Of a stretch of DNA of 64,000 nucleotides, positions 1 through 10,000 are shown in pieces. The notes below the pieces were generated by a model. The model had not been told where the DNA came from and searched no databases. It saw only the letters and a program-made list of their open reading frames with translations. The DNA lies in contig JAHQWG010000028.1 of NCBI GenBank assembly GCA_029856045.1, forward strand, positions 128,001 through 192,000, written 5' to 3'. Numbering within the stretch: position 1 is the stretch's first letter; each line of letters starts with the position of its first letter. This DNA comes from Promethearchaeia archaeon (GTDB lineage Archaea; Asgardarchaeota; Lokiarchaeia; Sigyniarchaeales; SOKP01). The translations under genes and the position numbers were made by a program.

Positions 1-2
1 TT

Positions 3-146
3 GGAGAAGGTGTTCCCATTTTATTATCTAAAGAGGGAGCTAAGGTTAGTTGTAATTCAATATCTGAATCTGCTTTAAAGGTAACTGAAAAAATTATAAA
101 TTCTATTTTTAAATTATCTTGTTGTCCAACCACCATCCAAACGTAA
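3..146 (+). pseudogene. Truncated N-terminal remnant of an SDR oxidoreductase (runs off window start)
   Basis: Frame from nt 3 reads GEGVPILLSKEGAKVSCNSISESALKVTEKI..., resembling the SDR Rossmann N-terminus (cf. GRSTAILFAKEGAIQII in the neighbours). It stops at TAA 144-146, overlapping the convergent SDR. Confidence 0.5.
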
Positions 147-890
147 ATCCGCTCCCGTCATGTAAGAGGATTCTTCAGTTGCTAAAAATAGAATTCCTGT
201 AGCGATTTCTTCTGGTTTAGCCCATCTCCCCAACACTCCTTCTTCTTCAAATTCTTTTTTTACTACCTCATAATCAACCCCTCTATCTTTTGCCTGTTTA
301 GCTACATCACTTTGTAACATCGGAGTGTCTGTAGCTCCTGGACTCACACTATTGACTCGGATTCCATAAGGAGCCAAATCTAACGCTAAAGCTCTTGTGA
401 ATCCTAAAATACCAGCTTTAGTGGAGCAATAATTTGCATGATTGACTTGTCCAATGTGAGCGGCAACTGAAGCTAAGGTTATAATTGAACCAAATTTTTG
501 ATTTTTAAAATATGGAATAGCATATTTACATGTATAATAGGTACCCTTAAGATTAACATCAATCAATAAATCATAATCCTCATCTGGAAAATCTTCAATG
601 GGACCTACTCTTACAACACCAGCATTACATATCAATATATCCATTTTTCCATATTTTTTTATGGTTGTATCAATCATATCTTTAACTTCAGCAGGTTTAG
701 TTACATCCACTTTCATAAATATTGTATTTTCTTTTCCATCTTTTATCATTTCATATGTTTCGTTTAAACCCTTTTCATCAATATCTGAAATAATTTGAAT
801 CGCACCCTCTTTAGCAAATAGAATTGCAGTAGACCTACCAATGCCGGAGGCTGCACCAGTTAATACTACTACTTTATCTTTTAATCTCAT
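114..890 (-). CDS. Classical short-chain dehydrogenase/reductase (FabG-like), copy 1
   Basis: TGAASGIG cofactor motif, NAG, catalytic YCSTK (YxxxK), IRVNSVSPG, DGG at the C-terminus. Confidence 0.95.
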   Translation of the reverse strand: MRLKDKVVVLTGAASGIGRSTAILFAKEGAIQIISDIDEKGLNETYEMIKDGKENTIFMKVDVTKPAEVKDMIDTTIKKYGKMDILICNAGVVRVGPIEDFPDEDYDLLIDVNLKGTYYTCKYAIPYFKNQKFGSIITLASVAAHIGQVNHANYCSTKAGILGFTRALALDLAPYGIRVNSVSPGATDTPMLQSDVAKQAKDRGVDYEVVKKEFEEEGVLGRWAKPEEIATGILFLATEESSYMTGADLRLDGGWTTR

Positions 891-916
891 TTGATTTACC
901 TTTAAAAAAAATTAAG

Positions 917-983
917 ACATTTAGATATGAAGTATTTCTCTGAAATATATTTTATTCTTTAGATTATAAATAATACTAGATAA
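917..983 (-). promoter_or_regulatory. Conserved upstream/promoter element of SDR copy 1 (duplicated at ~1975-2044)
   Basis: TTTCTCTGAAATATA.TTTATT.TTTAGATTA...ATACTAGATA is shared with the region upstream of SDR copy 2. Confidence 0.6.
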
Positions 984-1172
984 CAAAGAGCATTAAAAAG
1001 GAAAAAATAAGATTTTAATATTTGTTTAAAATATAATAAAACGATCGAAGAAAGTTAAGAATCCAGCCTTTATGGCAGTAAATGGATATATTCTATTTGA
1101 TTACGATTATTTTGTGAACAATTTTTCATTACAAGTAAATAAATATATAAAAATTAAAACATATTCAAATGT

Positions 1173-1949
1173 TTATCTAATTTTCCAACCTCCATCTATG
1201 CGTAAATCTACACCATTAATATAAGATGATTCATCAGTTGCTAAAAAGAGAATACCAGTAGCTATTTCTTCAGGTCTCGCCCATCGACCCATCACTCTCT
1301 CTTCTTCAAATTCTCTCTTAACCACGTTGTAATCAACACCTCTATCTTTTGCTTGTTTAGATACATCATTTTGCAACATAGGTGTATCAGTAGCTCCAGG
1401 ACTAACACTATTTACCCGAATTCCATAAGGTGCTAAATCTAATGATAAAGCTCGTGTAAACCCTAATACTCCTGATTTCGTAGAACAATAATTTGCATGA
1501 TAAATTTTCCCCATATGAGCTGCTACAGAGGATAAGGTTATGATTACACCATATCTTTGTTTTTTGAAATATGGTACAGTATATTTGCAAGTATAATAAG
1601 TTCCTTTAAGATTAACATCGATCAATAGATCATAATCCTCATCTGGAAAATCTTCAATAGGACCCACTTTCACGACTCCAGCATTACATATTAAAATATC
1701 TATCCTTCCATATTTTTCAATAGTAATATCAATCATATCTTTAATTTCAGCGGGTTTAGTAACATCTACTTTCATAATTATCGTATTTTCTTTTCCTTTA
1801 GTTATCAATTTATAAGTTTCTTTCAAACCTTCTTTATTAATATCAGAAATAATTTGAATTGCTCCTTCTTTTGCAAATAAAATTGCTGTTGCCCTCCCAA
1901 TACCTGATGCTGCACCCGTTAATATTACAATTTTATCTTTTAATCTCAT
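1173..1949 (-). CDS. Classical short-chain dehydrogenase/reductase, copy 2 (tandem paralog)
   Basis: Same length (258 aa) and motifs as 114-890, with high visible identity. Confidence 0.95.
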   Translation of the reverse strand: MRLKDKIVILTGAASGIGRATAILFAKEGAIQIISDINKEGLKETYKLITKGKENTIIMKVDVTKPAEIKDMIDITIEKYGRIDILICNAGVVKVGPIEDFPDEDYDLLIDVNLKGTYYTCKYTVPYFKKQRYGVIITLSSVAAHMGKIYHANYCSTKSGVLGFTRALSLDLAPYGIRVNSVSPGATDTPMLQNDVSKQAKDRGVDYNVVKREFEEERVMGRWARPEEIATGILFLATDESSYINGVDLRIDGGWKIR

Positions 1950-1974
1950 TTTTCTTAACTTTAATGGTTTTTGA

Positions 1975-2044
1975 ACATTTTAAATATAAAGAATTTCTCT
2001 GAAATATAGTTTATTATTTAGATTAAAAAAAAAGATACTAGATA
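1975..2044 (-). promoter_or_regulatory. Conserved upstream/promoter element of SDR copy 2
   Basis: Matches 917-983 at a similar distance from the ATG. Confidence 0.6.
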
Positions 2045-2085
2045 TCTATAAAAAATATTGGGAAAAAAAAGTAAAATAAAAGCAA

Positions 2086-3636
2086 TTATTGAAGTGTATA
2101 TGCTGCAATTTTTTGAAGTTCCTCATTCTTAAGAAATTCTGATGTAGGTAATTTTTGTATTAAGTTTCCATCATCAAGAATTATAACTGTTTTTGAATAT
2201 TGGGCGATAACGCGGGGATCATGAGTTATAATAATGATTGTGTGTTTTTGTTCATGAAGATCTTGAAGAATTTTCATAAATTCTTGAATCATACGATAAT
2301 CCTGACCAGTAGTAGGCTCATCTACTATTAAAATCTCAGGTTTTAGAACTAAAACCGAAGCTAATGCTAATCTTTGGCGAATTCCCTTACTAAGATAAAA
2401 TGTTGATTCATATATTTCTTCAAATTTTCTTAAATCTAATAGATCGATAATTTCATTGTATCGATTTTTAATTTCATCATCGGGAAATTTAAGATTTTTT
2501 AAACCAAATTCAATTTCTTCTCTAATAGTATTTTTAAATAATTGATGGTCAGGGTTTTGATAGCAAAAACCAATAATTTGTGCCATCTGTGTGATAGAAT
2601 ATTGCAAAACAGGATCACCTCTAATAAAGACTTCTCCTTGCTGAGGTCTGAGAAGCCCATTAAAATGCTTTATTAGAGTTGTTTTTCCAGAACCATTTTT
2701 TCCTATAATAGAAATAAAATCCCCATTAAAAATTTTAAGACTTATATCTTTTAGAGCTTGAGTATTATTAGGGTAAGTAAAACTTAGATTAGATATTTCA
2801 ATTATTGGATCCTGTTCTGTCGTTACATATTTACCCGTACTTATTTGTTCTGAAAATTTTAGATTCTTAGAAATTCCATTTTGGGATAAATGTATTGGAA
2901 TATAAATTCCCAATTTGTTTAAAAGTTCCTTATGTTTTAAAAACTCAGAAGTTGCTCCGTTAAATCTAATTTCTCCATTATCGAGAAGTATTATTCTATT
3001 ACAAAATTGAACAATTTTTTCAGTTATATGACTAACCAATATAATTGTCAAATCAAACTCTTTTCTTATTTCCTCAAGTATTTCAATAATTTCATATTTT
3101 CCTATAGGATCGAGATCAGATGTAGGTTCATCTAAGATAAGTATCTCGGGTCTCATTGCCATAATTGAAGCAATAGCAACACGCTGTTTTTGACCTCCAG
3201 AGAGCTCATCGGGTGATTTTTGCTCAAACCCTTCTAATCCAACAAGTTTTAATGCCCATTCAATTCGTTTCTTAATTTCTACACGATCAAGACCTAAAGT
3301 TTCAAGACCAAGAGCAATTTCATCTTCTACTGTTATCATTATAAATTGAGTTTCAGGATCTTGAAATACTAAACCAATACGCTGTCCCAATTCTGTCATT
3401 TTCGCTGTTCGAGTATTTTTACCAAGAACTTCAACATTTCCTTTGATCCATCCGCGAGTTCTTAAAGGAATTAGTCCATTAATACAACAACATAGAGTGG
3501 ATTTACCTGCACCCGTCGGGCCCATAATTCCAATAAACTCACCTTGAGAGATTTTTAAATTAATTGATTTAAGAACCAGATCCTTTGAAGCTTTATATTT
3601 CCATGAAAAATCATTAAATTCTACAACAGTTTTCAA
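2086..3636 (-). CDS. ecfA: ECF transporter ATPase, fused A-A' (two ABC domains)
   Basis: Two Walker A motifs (GPTGAGKST, GKNGSGKTT), QDPETQ/QNPDHQ Q-loops, LSGGQKQR and LSKGIRQR signatures, DEPT twice; TTG start. Confidence 0.93.
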   Translation of the reverse strand: MKTVVEFNDFSWKYKASKDLVLKSINLKISQGEFIGIMGPTGAGKSTLCCCINGLIPLRTRGWIKGNVEVLGKNTRTAKMTELGQRIGLVFQDPETQFIMITVEDEIALGLETLGLDRVEIKKRIEWALKLVGLEGFEQKSPDELSGGQKQRVAIASIMAMRPEILILDEPTSDLDPIGKYEIIEILEEIRKEFDLTIILVSHITEKIVQFCNRIILLDNGEIRFNGATSEFLKHKELLNKLGIYIPIHLSQNGISKNLKFSEQISTGKYVTTEQDPIIEISNLSFTYPNNTQALKDISLKIFNGDFISIIGKNGSGKTTLIKHFNGLLRPQQGEVFIRGDPVLQYSITQMAQIIGFCYQNPDHQLFKNTIREEIEFGLKNLKFPDDEIKNRYNEIIDLLDLRKFEEIYESTFYLSKGIRQRLALASVLVLKPEILIVDEPTTGQDYRMIQEFMKILQDLHEQKHTIIIITHDPRVIAQYSKTVIILDDGNLIQKLPTSEFLKNEELQKIAAYTLQ

Positions 3637-3645
3637 TTTTGTTCA

Positions 3646-4437
3646 CTAAAATAATTCTAGAAAGAGGAATACAAAACTTTTATTGATAAGAGATAAATAG
3701 ATAGAAAAAAATAGAAGTATGAATAAGCCAATAATGATTGCATAATCCTTTTTCTTAATTGGAAAATAATGATAAGTAGTCCTATTTTTTGAGCGTAATG
3801 GAATTCCTCGTGATTCAATAGATGCAGCCATGTCTTCTGTTTTTTTGAACATTAAAACAATTAATACAATAAAAATTGATATAAAATTTTTAATTCTTTT
3901 AGGTATTGAAGCACGTTCAAATTCAACCCCTCGAGTCATCATGGCTTCTCGGACAATAGAATATTCTTGTTGGAACATTGAGAGACCTCGAAAAGTCATA
4001 CTTATAATTAAAGTAACAGTAAAGGGTACCTTAATTGAACGTAATCCATGAATTAAATCTCGATCGGAGATCCCAGCAAAAAAGAATATCATTAAAAAGA
4101 ACATATTAATAATGCGTAAGTAGTATCTCGAAGCAATATAAATCGACTGATCACTAATTAATATATGCCAATTCCCAACCCATGTTTCAAAAAAGATGAT
4201 ATCTCCTTCTACTGGAGTAAAAAAGCACCATACAATATAAATAGATAAAGAAGAAATTAAAATGCCAATAATAATTTTTCTAAATTTCCTTGAAAATATA
4301 GGTATTTTAGCCAATAAACCCAAAATGATGATCAATATAAGGAGGCAAATTAAATCAAAAACGTTAGAAAAGAGTAAGACAACAAAGCTTAAAATAAACA
4401 CAATAGATATCTTTGTAATTGGATGTAGTTTGGTCAT
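3646..4437 (-). CDS. ecfT: ECF transporter transmembrane T component
   Basis: LHPITK N-terminus, TM helices, two conserved xRG motifs (AMMTRG, SIESRG), adjacent to the ECF ATPase. Confidence 0.92.
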   Translation of the reverse strand: MTKLHPITKISIVFILSFVVLLFSNVFDLICLLILIIILGLLAKIPIFSRKFRKIIIGILISSLSIYIVWCFFTPVEGDIIFFETWVGNWHILISDQSIYIASRYYLRIINMFFLMIFFFAGISDRDLIHGLRSIKVPFTVTLIISMTFRGLSMFQQEYSIVREAMMTRGVEFERASIPKRIKNFISIFIVLIVLMFKKTEDMAASIESRGIPLRSKNRTTYHYFPIKKKDYAIIIGLFILLFFSIYLSLINKSFVFLFLELF

Positions 4438-4503
4438 GAAAGATTCTGATGGAATATAAGAAAAAAAAGTTTTTGAAAGAGTTGAGATTAAATCTCACCT
4501 CAT

Positions 4504-5271
4504 TTATGAAAACCACTTGTCTACAAATATTGAAGTTTCTTTTATTTTTCCAGTTAAAGATACCATCATTGGTGTAGCTATTGCAGACAAGACAATCAAA
4601 TCTCCTGCAAACCAACCTATTACTCCGATCCAATATGCTTCAGCTGAAGGTTCGCCTATGAATACATTAATACCCCAAATTCCCCACAATGCTGAAGTAA
4701 TTGCTGCTCCAAATATTCCAAAAATTACATATAGTAACCATGAACGAGATGGATTTATTATGTACATAAATATTATTAAAACTACTGCAACTATTAAAGT
4801 TATTAGCCACAGTACTTCTAAGCCACCTATAGCTGTTGCGATTGCTGATACTATAAGATTTATAACTAAAATTGCGAGCAATATATACATTTCTTTTTTA
4901 CGCTTTAAATTTGCTCCGATATCTACATCAGCTTTAAAAATTCTGAATGCTAAAAGAGGTACAAATCCCTCAATGAAATCTGCCATGGCCCAAACAAAAC
5001 TCCAAGGACCAAAACCTGAGACAAAACCAAGAATAACGCATGAAAAATAACCTGCAAAACAGCCCCACATACCTAACCATAAACTTAATGGGACATACAC
5101 AGCTGCAGCTAAATAAAGACCAGAAACTCCAGGAAATGGTGCTACTGGGGCAAGAATTACCGCATAAATTGCTAAAATCGCACTAACTCCTGTAGCTAAG
5201 GCAGTAACAACTAAATGCCTCCAAGTAACTCCAATTCTTACCTCTTCCATACCAGAACTAGAATTATTCAT
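4504..5271 (-). CDS. ECF transporter substrate-specific S component (QueT-like membrane protein)
   Basis: About 7-8 hydrophobic helices; first gene of the S-T-AA operon. Confidence 0.75.
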   Translation of the reverse strand: MNNSSSGMEEVRIGVTWRHLVVTALATGVSAILAIYAVILAPVAPFPGVSGLYLAAAVYVPLSLWLGMWGCFAGYFSCVILGFVSGFGPWSFVWAMADFIEGFVPLLAFRIFKADVDIGANLKRKKEMYILLAILVINLIVSAIATAIGGLEVLWLITLIVAVVLIIFMYIINPSRSWLLYVIFGIFGAAITSALWGIWGINVFIGEPSAEAYWIGVIGWFAGDLIVLSAIATPMMVSLTGKIKETSIFVDKWFS

Positions 5272-5424
5272 TTTTTATTCAACTTGTTTTTTCTTTTTAT
5301 GATTTTAATTAGATTTATTTTCGTGTTACAAATTGTCTAATTTTTATTTAAACTTTAATATATTAATGGATTATTCTATATTTCTGTTTCTTGCATATTA
5401 GGAGAAAAATGTATGTTAAAAAGA

Positions 5425-5638
5425 TTATATTACATAGATATTTTTATCGAGAGTAGAAAGTTTTCCACATTTCGATTCAGTAATTCGATAACAATCTTCA
5501 ATTCCGACTAAACAAAATTTTTTAAAAAGTTTGCCAAACTTCAATATCTAACACCATATTTTCTTCAAAATTCAGATCAGGAGTTTTCATTATATCAAGT
5601 AGATGAAATTCTTCGCATTCAAAGCCATTTTCATTTCT
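5425..5638 (-). pseudogene. Frameshifted C-terminal remnant of an M24 (Xaa-Pro aminopeptidase-like) peptidase
   Basis: Minus strand reads GFECEEFHLLDIMKTPDLNFEENMVLDIEVWQ, then a frameshift in a T/A run, then FKKFCLVGIEDCYRITESKCGKLSTLDKNIYVI*. This matches the M24 pattern L.EnMV..iE ... G.ED...IT..G.e.Ls. Confidence 0.7.
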
Positions 5639-5738
5639 CCTTAATAATATTAATTAATTTAATTTTTAATATAGTTAAAGATTTTTTACTTGATGAGATA
5701 TATTAATTAAATCTTCAATAATAAAAAAGGTTCAAGAA

Positions 5739-6506
5739 ATGGGAATTAGAGTAGAAAAAAAAGGAGTTGTAACCACAGTAATTATTGATAATCCTAAAGT
5801 TAAAAATGCAATTGATCGGAAAAATGCATCTTCACTTGCAAATGCGTTTCGAGAGTTTAAACAGGATGAGAATGCACGTGTGGCGGTTCTCTGGGGTGCA
5901 AATGGAATATTTTGTTCGGGTGCAAATCTAAAGGCAATAGTAATGGGAAATGGAAATAGAATAGAGAAGAAAGGAGATGGGCCAATGGGATCAACTAGGA
6001 TGGTCTTATCTAAACCTGTAATTGCTGCAGTTGCAGGGTATGCGGTTGCTGGAGGATTGGAACTCGCTTTATGGTGTGATTTGCGAGTGGTTGAAAAAAA
6101 TGCAGTTTTTGGAGTCTTTTCTCGCAGATTTGGAGTCCCCCTTATCGATGGTGGTACGGTACGTCTTCCAAGACTTATTGGATTAAGTAATGCATTGGAT
6201 ATGATAATTACTGGACGACCTATTACTGCTAAAGAGGCATTTAGGATGGGTCTTGCAAATCGAGTTGTTGATGTTGATAAGTCAAGAGAGGATGCTGAAA
6301 AATTAGCGAGAGAAATTGCTACATTTCCACAAACATGTCTTAGAGAGGATCGATTATCGGTATATGAACAATTTGGATTAAATTTAAAAGATGCATTAGC
6401 AAATGAATTTGAACATGGTCTTAAAACTTTAGCAAGTCAAGAACACTTAAAAGGATCTCAAGTCTTTATGGATGGGAAAGGAAAACATGGGAAATTTTTT
6501 AATTAA
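5739..6506 (+). CDS. Enoyl-CoA hydratase/isomerase (crotonase family)
   Basis: FCSGANL, KPVIAAVAGYAVAGGLELALWCDLR, GVPLIDGGTVRLPRLIG. Confidence 0.95.
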   Translation: MGIRVEKKGVVTTVIIDNPKVKNAIDRKNASSLANAFREFKQDENARVAVLWGANGIFCSGANLKAIVMGNGNRIEKKGDGPMGSTRMVLSKPVIAAVAGYAVAGGLELALWCDLRVVEKNAVFGVFSRRFGVPLIDGGTVRLPRLIGLSNALDMIITGRPITAKEAFRMGLANRVVDVDKSREDAEKLAREIATFPQTCLREDRLSVYEQFGLNLKDALANEFEHGLKTLASQEHLKGSQVFMDGKGKHGKFFN

Positions 6507-6555
6507 TCCCTTATCTATATTAATATAAATCCAATATAAAAAAATTGAAAATAAG

Positions 6556-6759
6556 ATGAGAAGATTACTTATTATTTATGGAATTTTTGTTATTTTTACA
6601 ATTATTACAGTTATAATTTGGATTATGTATTTTATTGATATTTATTTTCTTTTTCAATATACTAGTTATAACAATCCACTTTTATTTTTAGGAATTTTAT
6701 TTATGATAATTGAGGGTATATTAGAAGTAATTACTATGTTTATTAAGAGAAGATATTAA
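6556..6759 (+). CDS. Small two-TM hypothetical protein
   Basis: 67 aa, two hydrophobic stretches, basic termini, co-directional with the upstream gene. Confidence 0.5.
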   Translation: MRRLLIIYGIFVIFTIITVIIWIMYFIDIYFLFQYTSYNNPLLFLGILFMIIEGILEVITMFIKRRY

Positions 6760-6959
6760 ATAAATAATTGAAAATCTTTACATTTCTAAAAAGATTAACG
6801 TAATTCTATTGAAATTTGTAATTTCTTTTTACCTCCCTTTTCTCTATTTTCAAAGAAGATCTTTAAGTTGGGTAAATTTAACATACATTATTCTTTATAT
6901 TTCTTTTTGAAAAAAAGTTGAAAATCCAAAAATAATTAAATCTGTCAAGGAACAAAATT

Positions 6960-6978
6960 AAAAAAAAAAAAAAAAAAA
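6960..6978 (-). terminator. Long oligo-T tract (19 T on minus strand), likely archaeal terminator of the 1141-aa gene
   Basis: A19 run on the + strand about 40 nt downstream of the stop at 7019. Confidence 0.5.
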
Positions 6979-7018
6979 TTAATTTTTATATTATATATTA
7001 GTAATATCGCAGATTCCT

Positions 7019-10000
7019 TTATGTTCTTCTAGATAATATTAATACAACTACACCGAGAGCTGCCAAGCAAACTCCTCCTACAGCCATTCCCATGAATATC
7101 CCACTACCTAGTGTATATGGATCTGCTGGTAATCCCATTTCTTCTTTTGCAAGAACAGGAACAACATTGTCTCTAAAGTTTGTTATCCATGTGGTCATCA
7201 TCCCCATTTGGGTATTACTCAAACCAAAAGTTGCTTTTAGCTCAGTATATTCATTAGAACTTGAATCCGCTGCCTTATACCATTTCTGAAGACCACTGGG
7301 GTCAACTATTGATGAGGAGTTTCTTTTATCAAAAAGAATCTCAGCAACTGATAACGAAATACTTGATGCCGTCGGACAACCTACTTCTAATCCTGTAATA
7401 TTATCAAATGGGAGTACAATTCCTTCTGGAAACATTTTCTCACCGAGAATCGTACAATTAGCCCACTGTTCAAAGAATAGTACTTCTGCATAATCCGATA
7501 AGGACATTCCTAACTCTTCTGCTGCGAGAATTGGGACAACATCGTCTTTAAATGAATTTTCCCATAGCCAATCAAGGATTAAACTCATTTGGGTTGTATC
7601 CAAACCAAAAGTTGTGCGTAATTCAGTTTGAACTGTAGTATCTGTAGCTGCATCAAGCCATTTATCAATTCCAGTATCATTAACAAATGTTGAGCCATTT
7701 ACCTCATTCCAGAGAAGTTCACATACAGCAAGAGAGATATTTGATTCTGTTGGAATACCTACTTCGAAACCAGTAAGACCACCACCTAGATCCAATCCTT
7801 GTGGATACACAGCTTCACCGAGAATTGTACCATTAGCCCATTGTTCATAGAAAAGAGTTTTTGCATATGATGGTATTGTCATTCCTCTTCCCAATGTTGG
7901 ATCAGCAAAAAGAGCTGGAACGAAAATATCTATAATATCTTCTAACCAGTCGAGCATTAATCCCATTTGGGATATATCCAAACCAAATGTTCCACTTAGA
8001 TTTAACCAAATGTCAAGTTCTGTAGCTGCATCGCGCCATTTTAGAAGTCCAGTATCATTTACAAATGATGAGGGGTTTGTATCATCCCAAAGTGCATAAC
8101 ATGCTGTGAGCGAAATACCAGAGGAGGTTGGAACACCTACTTCAAAGAGTCCTTTAAGCGCTTCCCCTCCTGAAATTGGGAGATCAATTCCATCTGGATA
8201 TTGAGGTATACCTTGGATAGTTCCATTAGCCCATTGTTCATATACTAGAATTTCTGCATAAACCGTTGTTGTCATTCCATATCCTCCTAAAGCCACTGGG
8301 AGTGCAAAGAATGGGGGAACAATATTTTCCTTAACTATGGTAAATAACCAAGGGAGAATTAATTCAATTTGGCCCGAAGCCAGACCGAAAGTAGCGTTTA
8401 ATAAACTCTCTATTGTTGTATTTCCTTCAGATGCTAAATACCAAGATCCAAATCCGGTGGTTGTATTGATAAATGAATATGGATTTGAAATATCCCAGAG
8501 AGCTTTAGCAGATGTATATGAAATATTTGATGGATTGGGTGGAAGTCCAACTTCAAATCCAATGACAGGTCCAACTAAATCCCCAATAAAATCACTGAAA
8601 TCAATTCCGCCTGGAAACATTTCCTCCCCAAGCATTGTACCATTAGTCCATTGTTCGTAGAACATATATTCAGGAGCAGCATCCAATGTTATGAGATATT
8701 CATATGAAAAGAGAGTTGGTGCAACAATGAGTGTCCAACTATATAACCAGCCAAGAAGTGCATTCATTTTATCATTTCCCAAACCAAGAGTCGTATTTAA
8801 GACTGCATAACTAGCAGGATCTCCAGCTAATGCACCGAGCCATACCATAAGTCCAGCACTATTGATAAGTGAATAGGAGTATGACGAATTCCATAGATCT
8901 ATGGCCGTCGTAAGCGAAATATTAGATCCATATGGATAAATACCCACTTCAAACCCATAGAGGGTTCCAGGGAGACCAAGAAATTCATTAAAGTTAAGTC
9001 CTAGTGGAAACATAACCTCACCGAGAATTGTACCATTAGCCCATTGCTCATAGAATATAATTTCTGGAGCTGCCTCCAGTGATATCCCTTTTTCAGTCTC
9101 AAAAAGAATTGGGGCAATATTTAGCATCCAATTATATAGCCAACCAAGCACTATTCCCATTTGAGTATCATTCAGACCAAAAGTTGTCTTTAAGGCTATA
9201 TAACTAGCAGGATCCCCAGCTAATGCACCAAGCCATACCATAAGTCCAGTATCATTAACAAAAGATGAGGAATTCATATGATCCCAAAGATCTAAAGCTG
9301 TCATATAAGAAATATTAGTTTTGATCGGAATACCCGCTTCAAATCCATAGAGGGGATCATCATATCCTTCAATAAAAAGACTCATGTCAAGTCCATCTTC
9401 GGAAATCGTGGCATTAGCCCATTGTGCATAGAATATAAATACTGCCAATTGTGATGGAGTCATACCACCATACATCAATGGAACATAAAAAGGAACCTCA
9501 ACAGTCCACAAATAGTTTTGTATATATCCTGCTATAGCACCTAGGTTGGCCCAAGTTGTATTATAGCCCGCTTTCATTAAGCCCTGTATAGTGACATTTC
9601 CAGCTGCTCCTAACGCATAGTATCCCATAAATTCTAACAGTCCTATACCTAAGTCAGTATCTGTTATTAATCCTGGCAGTCCATAAATTGGGTTCCCATA
9701 TAATAAATAGTCTTGACCAGGCCGTGTATAGCTGAGATTTAACATACCAGAGGTCATATTCTCTGAAACACCTTGAACTGGACATGTTGTATTTTTCTGG
9801 ATAGTTTTGTTATTGAAAAAATGTTCTTTACCAAGAGTCAAATCACCTGAAAAAGTAATGTATCCTAAAAAATCTATGGTTTGATTAATTAGTTTTGCTG
9901 CGGTTGAACCATTGACTATATCAGGTAAAGCTCCCATTGCCCTGCTTTTAGTTTCGTTTAAAGTCTCAAGATAAGCTGTAAAATTAATCATATTTTCAAT

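Noticed and set aside
6794-6884. 29-aa minus-strand micro-ORF (MLNLPNLKIFFENREKGGKKKLQISIELR)
   Set aside because: No motif or clear RBS; expected by chance
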